Shown here piece after piece: positions 50,601 to 61,900 of a DNA stretch of 64,000 nt; within the stretch, counting starts at the first letter, position 1; each line of letters opens with the position of its first letter. This DNA is from Macrostomum lignano (lineage: Eukaryota): the NCBI GenBank assembly GCA_002269645.1, contig NIVC01000082.1, positions 124,001 to 188,000 of the forward strand. The letters are read 5' to 3'. The translations under genes were made by a program, and so were the position numbers. The notes under the pieces are model-generated. The model had not been told where the DNA came from. It saw nothing but the letters and a program-made list of their open reading frames with translations, and made no database searches.

Positions 50601-53600
50601 TTGCACTAGCTTAGAAACCAGTAAGGACAAAAAGATATAGCAAGGTCACTAATGTCATTTAACTGCTTTATAATATTTTGTCTTAGAATTTTGTTGATCT
50701 TTAGTAGCATATACTATTCTTTTTATTTATAAGTTTGCTTTTGCATAATAATCTTTATAATACTTATTAATTTTATTAAAAACATACAAGTCAAAAGACT
50801 GCTCAAAGTTTCAATTCAAATTTAGGCTTGGACAAAAGCCAAGTTATGCTAGGTCTAAAAATTGATTAATAATATTATATATAGTGCAAAGGAAAAAATA
50901 AATAGCATACAATATATAACAATAAGTATTCTACTGTAAATAGTATACTTAACCTTCAATTGAAAATTAAAAGGACAATCCTTTTATACCTCCTTAAAAT
51001 AAAAAAATGTATTTAAAGCTAAAAAAGTAATTTAAAGTAAATTTAGATTGACAATCTTACATATTTAAATAAGTTTATTTTATAATAAATTTATTTAAAT
51101 AATTGATGGCTATCTACTTAGCATCTACTTACCAAATCTAGTACATATACTAGCAATCAGTGCACCCTATTGGGGAGAAAAAAATGTAGTACAAGTTTTT
51201 TAAACAGACTACATGTAGTGTCTCTTTGGAATATACCCTAGTAGTCCTTTGTAAGCTTTGATATCTCAGCAATTCCCCCCCCCCACAAGCCTTATCATAT
51301 CAATTTCCCCTTTGACAGCTTAGTGATAACCCTCTAAAAGCCTTGATATTTAAGAAATCTGTCAAAAACCTAACCTTAGCCTAAATCTAACCCTAGAGCA
51401 TTGACATTTCAGTTATTATCCCCAAGAGTCATTATAGCACTATAGCATTATAGTTATATCCTCCAAGCCTTGATATCATAGTGATTCCTAAATAAATCTT
51501 CTAACTTTGACAATATGCTTTATTTATTTTTTATATGACACTTTGTTTATCAGCAACCTTTCCTCCTTTGTGAGGAGCCAACAAATTTAATAAAGTTTTG
51601 AATTAACTACATGTAGCTTTTGACTTTAGCCTTGATATCTCAGCTATTTTCCTTGCAAGCCTTGACATCTAAGTAATGTTACCCATAAACATTGAAATCT
51701 AAAAAATCCCCTATCAACCTTAAAACCTTTATCCTAACCTTAACCCAAACTTGACCTAAACCTAACCCTAAAGCCTTGACATCTTAGCAATTCTTCTCCC
51801 CTAAGCTTTTATATTTTAGTACTTCTTTCCTAAGAATCATAGCATTATAGAAATTTCCTCTAGGCCTTGACATTGTAGCAATTCCAAAATGAATCTTTTA
51901 GCTTTAACATGACTTTTCTTTTGTCTATATAATGCTTTTTTACATGATATTGAATCATTTTGAATGATTGAATCATTTTGAATAATTGCAAATGCACACT
52001 AAAAAAACTTGAGTGCACACCTATTCTTAAAACTATGATGGTGTTATGACAATAAATGACCTTTTTCACATTGTGATAATAAAAACCTTTTTTGTATTGC
52101 ATAATGAAACTTTTTTTTAAAAATAATTTGGTTAATTTTTCTGCTTTTTTGACAATACTATTTATTCCCTGCTGAAAATTGATACACACAAATATTTGTT
52201 TAAATATTTTATTATGAACTTAAAAACCCTAGAAAGCTTGAATTTTTTGCTTAAAATGAATATTTTTGTATCTTTTTTTACTTCACACAATTTTTTCTGC
52301 ATGATTCTATGAAGTGCATGCTAAATATACATGCACACTATTGCTTTGGAGTGATGCACACCAACTGTACACACCTATTTTGGTAGTTGAGCAGTTTAAA
52401 TATGGTTGCTTAGGGATTATAAAACAAAAGAATGCCAATAAGATTTCAATAGGCCTAATTGAAAAAAATCATTTTTAATTAGAAAAATACATTCTTAGAA
52501 TTAGGAAAAGGCAGAGGGATAAAGAAAGATTGCTACTAAAACTTCAAGGAATATTTTTTTAATAATAAATTATGTAAAAAGTCTATTAGATTCATTATCA
52601 AGTATCTAATTTAAAAATTGATCAAATAAAAATAAGGCAGTGCTTATCCCCATGGTACCATAGGAATAATTTTCTGCTTATCTGCATAGCACCTGATTGC
52701 AGCGCATGGGCATTTTGGCGGACGGCGTCCGGCGCGGATCTAATACGGCGCGGCGCGGCGATTAGTACGGGGAGCGGCGATTAGTATGGCGCGGCGCGGT
52801 ACTAATTAGATGCCGAGGCATTTAGGCTTGATAAGACAGTCATAGTTACTCCTGCCGTTTACCCAAAACGTTAATTTTGGGTTAATTTTGCTTTAGGGTT
52901 TCTTTCACAGGTAAGTCATTTCACAGCGTGGCGCAGGTTGTGTAGGCGTCTGGCGTACTTAAGCCATGCGCTGCAATAGGGGCATAGCATACTGACAAAA
53001 TAGTTGGCCCATCTTTTACATATGCCGTGGGAATAATTTAGTTTAGTACTTATGGTTTAAGTGCAATATAACAACTTTGCTTGATAATTTGTTTAATAGA
53101 AGTAAAGATTTAATGGCTTTTTTATGCAAAAAAATGCTGGTCATGGTGTTGATCCAGATCAACAGCTTTTTAGTATCTTTAATTTAAATTCCCTTTCAAA
53201 AAGCTATATACTATTCAGGTATAGCATATATATATAGAAGATATGGCGACTATCTCGTCAGTGTGCCATGCGGATAAGCAGAAAATTATTCTCACGGCAT
53301 ATATAGAATATAGGGCAGCTTTCTTGTCAGTGTCCCATGCGGATAAGCAGAAAATTATTCCCATGGCATATGCAAAAGATAGGGCAGCTATCTCATCAGT
53401 GTGCCATATGGATAAGCAGAAAATTATTCCCACAGTATTGTTGGAATAAGATAGAAATTATTTCTATAGTACCATGGAGATAAGCACTGCCTAAAAATAA
53501 AATTATAGACAAATAATAATATATTTTTATTTATTAAATGATAAAACAATGCAAGCAAAGTAATAAACTTAACTAGGTAGCTAGGCCTAAGTATAGCAGG

Positions 53601-54676
53601 CTAGCACTTATTTATCTAAATTTATAAATAAAAATTCTTTATTTTAGACCATACATGCACAACAGTCAACCGAGTTGGCCAACCTGGCCGACTGATTTGG
53701 CAGCCAACCAAGGAAGTCGCAAAAATGCCCACCCAAAAAAAAACACACAAGTAGTAGTACAAAGTAGCTGATAAGGCATTTTGGCTTAATAAGACAGTCA
53801 GAGTTACTCCTGCCATTTACCCAACGTTGCGGTAATTTTCCTTTAGAGTTTTTTACATGTAAGTCGCATTTTTAGCCAAAAACTATGTCACATTTTTGTT
53901 AATACTAAGTTGCATGGCCAACTGAATTTTGGAGGTTGCACATGTCTGTTTAAGACTTAGGTCTATTAGTCTATTTTAAGCATAAGTTACAAAAGCTTAT
54001 TTTAGAACAATAATGCAAAATACAAATTAACTAGGCCTAATAGTTTAATTTAATATTATTAGGTCTAATAAATTTATACAAATGAAAAACCAAAGAAATC
54101 ATCTCAGATCTAGAACCAAAAGCTCAAAAATCATAATAAAAAATAATTACCATTTTTTCCAACAATTTCTGCTACATGGTCAGAAGAAGGCACTTGAATG
54201 CGCTCTGTGTTGGTCATATATGCCCTTTTTTCATGATTTGCTTCTAGACCAAGAGGGTCAGGGATAACACCCTGAAGAATGTCTAATGATTGCTTCTTTA
54301 GAGAAATCTTCTGCTGAAGAGATTCAAAATCTATGCAACCATATTGACCTGGCTTAGTGGAGCTCATGATGAAACTTGAGCTGCTGACCTGTGGCTGTGG
54401 GTAGTTACCATTACCAACATGATTAAAAACTGCATCTGAAAAGATAGAGCCTTCCTGAGCATGGCCATTCCACTCAGCTGGAAACATGGATGATGGCGAC
54501 GTCTGACTTTGACCTTGGGGCAAAAAATTGTCAAAGTCAACGTTAACTGGGTGAAAATCAGCAAATCCGGTGCCACAGTATGAACTGTTAGTATTGGTTG
54601 TGGTATTATTTGTCATGTAGTCAGACTGGGCAAGTGGCATTAGTGGCTTTTTATTAGCACCGTCGGTGGACAACAT
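47601..54676 (-). CDS. MEX3: MEX3-like double-KH RNA-binding protein; exons 54676-54151, 49873-49764, 49332-48828, 48159-47601 (apparent 1-nt frameshift near 47912)
   Basis: KH1 VPSSDHVAEIVGKNG|QRIKQLR..VKTP....PIFEVTG and KH2 VGLIVGANGQTIRWVQQ.SDTHIATP match the MEX3 family; splice phases are consistent. Confidence 0.85.
48252..48440 (+). mobile_element. Same SINE family (copy 3, MEX3 intron 3)
   Basis: GCCTAGCGGTTAG head, GGGGGTTCAATTC, CTTAACTCTGCATTGCTTCAGTTCACCCAGTTGTAAAATGGG, and a tail GACTGAACAGCC...GCCTTCAGATGC shared with the 41620 copy. Confidence 0.75.
49381..49750. repeat. 30-bp intronic repeat CTGGCAGTGAGTCACTCTATTAGTCTATGA (MEX3 intron 2)
   Basis: About 12 units filling intron 49333-49763. 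Confidence 0.97.
51240..51950 (-). repeat. Inverted, CpG-depleted paralog of the 35160-36140 repeat
   Basis: For example, the reverse complement of 51601-51650 (GCTGAGATATCAAGGCTAAAGTCAAAAGCTACATGTAG) matches 35720-35752. Confidence 0.7.
52636..53491. mobile_element. PIF/Harbinger-type (Tourist-like) MITE, 856 bp
   Basis: 37-bp TIRs (GGCAGTGCTTATC...) with 3 mismatches, TAA target-site duplication at 52633-35 and 53492-94, and internal subterminal repeats (53230-53440). Confidence 0.85.
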
Positions 54677-55928
54677 TTTTTGTAATGATGTAGCTAAAAT
54701 GATATGAAATTAACGTTGCTTCAAAAGTCAACGTTACGTACTTATGGTGAAGTTTTATTTTAAATGGACTGTGAGAGGATGATTCTGGATGCGCGTGGCT
54801 AGCTGAATAAATATCGTCAGTCGTATAAGCACAATTATTTTACATAGAATAGAGTGGTTTGATAAAAGTAAGTTTACTATTAAAAACAAAATCTAAAAGC
54901 ACGTTTAACTTTGTAAGGTATAATACTGTTTGTTTATTCTTTTAAAGCATAATAAAATTTTTGCTATTTAAATAAAAATATTCATACTAATAAATAGACA
55001 CACACTATTGTTTCTAGTACAATGAAAGTAAATTTCGAACTGCATAAATTTGCTTTTTATTCAGCTTTACCTGAGTTACGATTTACGTTTTACCTATAGT
55101 AAAAATCTGTCACCTTAAATTTTACAATTAGGGTTTTAGGTTAGAGTTTAACCATTGTAATTTCATAGAAGCTATTAAAGCCCTATTAAGATAGTCTCTT
55201 AAATGCAACATCAACAGTATTTGATGGTTAGTCTGATTCGGATTCGCATTGAAACTGGTATTTCTAATTTCTTTAATATATTTTATTAAAACTTATTGTT
55301 TTTTGGAATTTTCGGAATCTAATTCTTATACTATAGATGTTTTTTAAAATTTTAATTTTACCTGATTTACATGTGCATTTAAATAATCATTCTTGGTCAA
55401 GTTATAAGAACAAGGGAAATAAGTAAAATACGTATTAGACAAGCTATATGGCCTTTTCTATTTTTACAGTACTTTAATTACATCTGCGTGCAATAAACTC
55501 AGTGAACACCAGAGACACTGAAAACCCAAGAACTCAAAAACTCAGATCCAAAAACCCAAAACTCAAATTATAGCAAACTGCTTTAAAATGTACTTCGTAC
55601 ATCATGAACCTTTTAGCAAAGTTATGTTTTGATATTCTAGAAGGTTGAGTCATAATTATAAATTAGAAAACTTTTAGAATTTTATAGGTATAATGTTTTT
55701 CTGTGTACATTTTTATAACAAATATGCTTTTAATATCTCATCAACTAGATTGTTGCTGAAAATTAAACTTCTTTCTGTTTGCTTGAGAAAATTTTTAGGA
55801 AGACAAAATTCCGAAAGAATTTAATAGTTAAAATATTTATTCATTCATGTGTTTAAGAAAAGCTGTGCTCCGTTTATTTTCCCATACTTTGAAGTCGGTT
55901 CAAAGCACATTAAAACGCTACTGCAGCC

Positions 55929-58900
55929 ATGGCAGCGGCTGGCAACGCCACAGCAGCCGCCGACAAGTCCATGACTTTCGAGGTGCAGGGCCAAAAGTAC
56001 GTCTTACCTCCGCCTTCGCTAACCAAACCATTGAACTCGGGCGCCGAGGCCAGCGGACTGTTGGACACCTGGCCGGCTCACGCCTCCTGCCGCACGGTGC
56101 CCGACAGCCAGGTGCTGCTCACCAAAGACAGTCGCCTGGTTGTCATTGACGACGAATCAGCTGGTCGGCCGAATCTTCTACCGAAACCGAAATTTCTTGA
56201 ACAGCTCGAAGGCTATCTCAAACGCGAATTGAAGTCGCACAATGTCACGGAGGTGGCTGCCAGCACTATTCGGCTGCAGATTCACCGTGAAGTGTTCGAA
56301 TACCTCATCGAAGCGTTTAAAACCTACAAGCCGTTGTTGGCGGCCATCAAGCGCGAGTACGAGATGATGATCGCTCATCTGCGCGACGAGATCCGCCGAC
56401 TCGAGCCCATGAAGGAGATGCTGTGGACGCTGAGCCAGGAGTGCGACCAGAAGATCATGGCAATCCGGGCTGAGGAGAAGGACGGTGAGCTTTTGAAAAA
56501 TCCTAAAACTCAGTACGGTCTTGCATGTGCCCAGTTTTTAATACTGAGATTTGCGGTACTAGGGAGCTTCATCTTAAAGATTCTGATACACATCTCATCT
56601 CATATTAGCGATCTTAGCAGTTTTTTAGTCGATATAAGTGCGCACCCTGCTGGGCTGCCGGACTGCCGGACTTGCTCCCCTGTGAATTTCTTCACTGAAC
56701 TGCCTGCCATGAAACTCTTTAACCGACCGTCAGATGAAATCACTCTAGAGAATACAGAAATCCTTTTCTAAAGAACAAGAAAATCTTGATGGCCACCACT
56801 TCTAGAGAGCACGGACACCGCTAATCTAGAGATTTGACAACACAAATCTAGAGAACACTGACAACGCTAATCTATAGAGATTTGACAACACAAATCTAGA
56901 GAATGCTGATACCAAAGATCTAGAAAATACTGACAACACAAATCTAGAGAATGCTGATACCAAAGATCTAGAAAATACTGACAACACAAATCTAGAGAAT
57001 GCTGATACCAAAGATCTAGAAAATACTGACAACACAAATCTAGAGAATGCTGATACCAAAGATCTAGAAAATACTGACAACACAAATCTAGAGAATGCTG
57101 ATACCAAAGATCTAGAAAATACTGACAACACAAATCTAGAGAATGCTGATACCAAAGATCTAGAAAATACTGACAACACAAATCTAGAGAATGCTGATAC
57201 CAAAGATCTAGAAAATACTGACAACACAAACCTAGAGAATGCTGATACCAAAGATCTAGAAAATACTGACAACACAAACCTAGAGAATGCTGATACCAAA
57301 GATCTAGAAAATACTGACAACACAAATCTAGAGAATGCTGATACCAAAGATCTAGAAAATACTGACAACACAAATCTAGAAAACAGTGACACCACAAGTC
57401 TAGAGATTTGACAGCACAAATCTAGCGAACATTGACACAATGAATCTTGAGATTTGACACCACAAATATAGTGAATACTGACGCCACAAATCTAGTGAAT
57501 ACTGACACCACAAATCTAGAGAATACTGACACCACAAATATAGTGAATACTGACACCACAAATCTAGAGAATACTGACACCACAAATCTGGAGAACTTGG
57601 ACAACGCCTCAAACATAAAGGACTCAGACAATGCCTCAAATCTAGAGAACACGGACAATGCCTCAAATCTAGAGAACACGGACACTGCCTCAAATCTAGA
57701 GAACACGGACAATGCCTCAAATCTAGAGAACACGGACACCGCGACAAATCTAAAGAACACGGACACTGCCTCAAATCTAAAGAACTCGGACAATGCCTCA
57801 AATCTAGAGAATACTGACACCACAAATCTGGAGAACTTGGACAACGCCTCAAATATAAAGGACTCGGACAATGCCTCAAATCTAGAGAACACGGACACTG
57901 CCTCAAATCTAGAGAACACGGACACTGCCTCAAATCTAGAGAACACGGACACTGTCTCAAATCTAGAGAACTCGGACACTGCCTCAAATCTAGAGAACAC
58001 GGACACTGTCTCAAATCTAGAGAACTCGGACACTGCCTCAAATCTAGAGAACACGGACACTGCCTCAAATCTAGAGAACACGGACACTGCCTCAAATCTA
58101 GAGAACACGGACACTGCCTCAAATCTAGAGAACACGGACATTGCCTCAAATCTAGAGAACTCGGACACAAATACAACAGTTGAGCTCACAACCATACCAA
58201 ATTACCGCCCTCTCCCCCAGAAATGCGGCAGCTCCGCTCTCTCAACCTCGGCCTGAGAGAGAAAATCGACAAAATGCACGAACAGCAGCACGATCTGGAG
58301 CAGCAGGTCGAGACTCTGAAAGCCGAACTCACCGATATGCAGCAACGCTATCGAGACGAGGCCGACAGCAGGAAGCTGCTAGTAGCCGACATGAACGAGC
58401 TCCGCTCGCAACAGGAGGACATGAGCATCTTTAAGAAGGCTGCCGATTCTGAGGACAGCGGCGAGGACCCTGTGCAGCTGCGAATCGGACTCAACCAGGT
58501 GTGGAAGGCTCTTAATTCCCCGATCTCTTCCTAAATTCCCCGATCTCTTCCTAAATTCCCCGATCTCCTCCTAAATTCCCCAATATCCTCCTAAGTTCCC
58601 CAATATCCTCCTAAATTCCCCGATCTCCTCCTAAGTTCCCCAATATCCTCCTAAATTCCCTGATTACCCCTAAATTCCCCAATATCCTCCTAAGTTCCCC
58701 AATATCCTCCTAAATTCCCCAACCTCCTCCTAAATTCGGGGAAATTAGTTCTCTGATCCCCAATATCCTCCAAAATTCCCCAACCTCCTCCTAAATTCCC
58801 CAATTTTCCGTTAAATTTACCATCTCAAAACTGTAACTTCTCTAATCCTCAGAAAATTCTAAAAACCAAACACTAAAATTTCCCATTCCCCTGAGTTCCC

Positions 58901-61900
58901 TAATCTCCCGTTTTTTTCAATCTACCCCTAAAGTCCCCTACCTCCTAATTATCCTAATTTTCTAATCCCCAATCCCATTTATCTTTCTCACCGAAATCCC
59001 TTGACAACAAGAGAATATAATTCTCATAGTTACATTTGTTAAAACCAAACCCGCAGGCCAAGAAGTCGCAGGCCGACCTGATCGACCGGATCACCCGCAT
59101 GGAGGCGGACTATTCCGACGTGGTGCCGCGGCGCCAATTCGAAACTGTGTCCGCCCAGTTCGCCAGCATGGAGGAGGAGTACGGAAATTATAAGCGAGAT
59201 ACGGATAAACTCATTGATGAGCACAGGTGTGTAAAACTAATTAAGATAAGGTTCAAAGTACAAGGTATAGCTCAGGGGGGGGTCTAAACCGTAGTAATCT
59301 ATGGCTCGTTCATAGGGCCAACCCCTGAGGCACACATGCCTGACAATGAGATAGGTGGGACTGTTGTACCCCCCTGAAAAGAAAGAAGTAACAATCCAGG
59401 ATTATTGCAATACCGTTAAAATTATTTTTCCTCAAATCGTTGACCAGTATAAACTGTATAATCAGTCAGCCTATAACTTTATATAACAACGGCGCTCTAA
59501 ATTTGAATCGGTGCCCAAATCTGGTCAGCTTATTCTGTTGCATTTTCGCCCTCATGTAGCTCGCACGAGCATTTGGAGTTTGTATTATATATGCACTACT
59601 GATGAGTAATATATGAAAATCGACTATGAGGCAATAATGCTGTGGTAACTGCTATACTTATTAATTAATGCTAACGGACTAATTAGACGCAGAGGAAATC
59701 TCAGGCAGCTCAGCAACTGTCAAACTCAAACTGAGGACGCGGAATCGAGCTTCAGCAAATACGATGATCAAACCTGCCCTTCTGATCAGCGAGAGGCTGA
59801 GATCACGAACTCGAATGGACAACTGAGCTTCAAGTATAGGACAACAAATATTGCAGATATCACTTCGTTGGAATATGTTTAGCACTGCACAAACCATCTT
59901 AGAAAATTTTGGGTTCACCCTTTTCCATTCGTGTAACGCGTGTTTTTATGTACGTGTACATACCAGTATGTACGGAAGAATCGTGTCAACTGTACAAAGT
60001 TAAAATGCATTTAAGTTAATTCAGGACCTCTACCCCTCCATCTCCTCAAGTTTTCAATTTAACTCCTCCTTGACTCTGATTGGTCGACTGTCTATCCCTA
60101 GTTTAATTCCGCCACCCCTCTCACCCTAGTTTAATTGCCCCACCCCTCTCACCCCAGTTTAATTGCCTTACCCATCTCACCCCAGTTTAATTGCCTTACC
60201 CATCTCACCCCAGTTTAATTGCCCCACCCCTCCCACCCCAGTTTAATTGCCCCGACCCTCCCACCCAGTTTAATTGCCTCACCCCTCTCACCCCAGTTTA
60301 ATTGCCCCACCCCTCTCACCCCAGTTTAATTGCCCCACCCATCTCACCCCAGTTTAATTGCCCCACCCCTCTCACCCCTGTTTAATTGCCCCACCCATCT
60401 CACCGCAGTTTAATTGCCCCAACCCTTCACCCCAGTTTAATTTTCCCAGTTATTTTTCACTCTTCAGTCCAACTGCTGTATCCTTTTAAGGATGAACTTT
60501 AGCTAAATATCTAGCGAGTTCTCACTTATCATAATAACAAAATGTGTTTCGGTAATGTGTTGTCTCACAATTGTACTTTTATAAAAATTCAATCGTCCCG
60601 AGTTATCAAATGAAATTGTTTGTCTGTTTCACATGTCCAAATTATACAAAAATCTAAAAATTCGTAATCAATAAACTTTTATACCAGCGTATAGTCTATT
60701 TTGTACATGATCTCCTTGATTCCAGAGCCCTTCAAGATCTGTACGAACAAGTTTTGAAGCAACGGGATCAGTACTACACTGAAGCTGAACAACTGAAGGG
60801 CACAGCAACTCCAAGGTATAAGACTTTAATCATCTTGCTTTACTAATTAATTAGAGTTTACCTTGTCTGATCCACTAAGTCAACTCAATCAAATCGACTG
60901 AGTCTACTCAATCAAATCTACTGAGTCTACTCAATCAAATCGACTGAGTCTACTCAATCAAATCTACTGAGTCTACTCAATCAAATCTACTGAGTCTACT
61001 TAATCAAATCTACTGAGTCTACTCAATCAAATCTACTGAGTCTACTCAATCAAATCTACTGAGTCTACTCAATAAAATCTACTGAGTCTACTCAATCAAA
61101 TCTACTGAGTCTACTCAATCAAATCTACTGAGTCTACTCAATCAAATCTACTGAGTCTACTCAATCAAATCTACTGAGTCTACTCAATCACTCCACCCCT
61201 AGGCCGGAATGGGAACGGTGCGGTGAGTATATTTCTGGCGGCGCCGACAGATGGAAGGAGTTGAGCCAAGGCAAGAGGTCCGACGAGCTGGTGGACATAA
61301 TCCTGCAAGAGATGTCCGGCCTAACAACCGGAGAAGCTCAAATGCTGGAGGGGCTCGGCTATGATGAAAAGGTATCCTTGTAAAATTATTCAAAATTCAT
61401 TGATTAATAGCCAAAGGTAATAGCACTCTGTACCGTGAGCTTTTCTTCGTATCGTAACTTGAAACTTTAAATATTCGAAATTTCACATCGGGGAACCTGT
61501 GGGCTAGCTGCATGTACGTTTGTTGGAATATTTCAGAAGGCAGTTTTTACTGAAAAATACACTACGGAGATGGAGGTTTTCATTTATTCGGCACAAAAAT
61601 GGTTATCGCTTTTGATAGAAAGGAGACCCAATCTATTGATATTCATGAAGCTTTTCGTTAAGAAAATTAGGATTCTATGTTAATCTTATATCCAACGTAC
61701 ATAAAATGTGCCTAAAAATCATAGAAATGGCACATCTCGACGTGTTATTTGCCTCAGAATAATAATAATTGATTACAACCACAGATACTAGAAGTTATTC
61801 TATCTGTGGGTGAACTGAAGCGATGCAGAGTTAAGTCTCCTGCTCAAGGACACAAATTAGTCCAGTGGGATCAGGAATCGAACCCCCGACCTTCAATTCA

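Noticed and set aside
55921-55948. X-box-like GCAGCCATGGCAGC over the TSNAXIP1 start codon
   Set aside because: Several mismatches to the consensus, and explained by coding or Kozak context.
57400-58256. NLENTDTAS-repeat and related ORFs
   Set aside because: They lie in TSNAXIP1 intron 1, are out of frame with exon 2, and are explained by 24/27-bp units.
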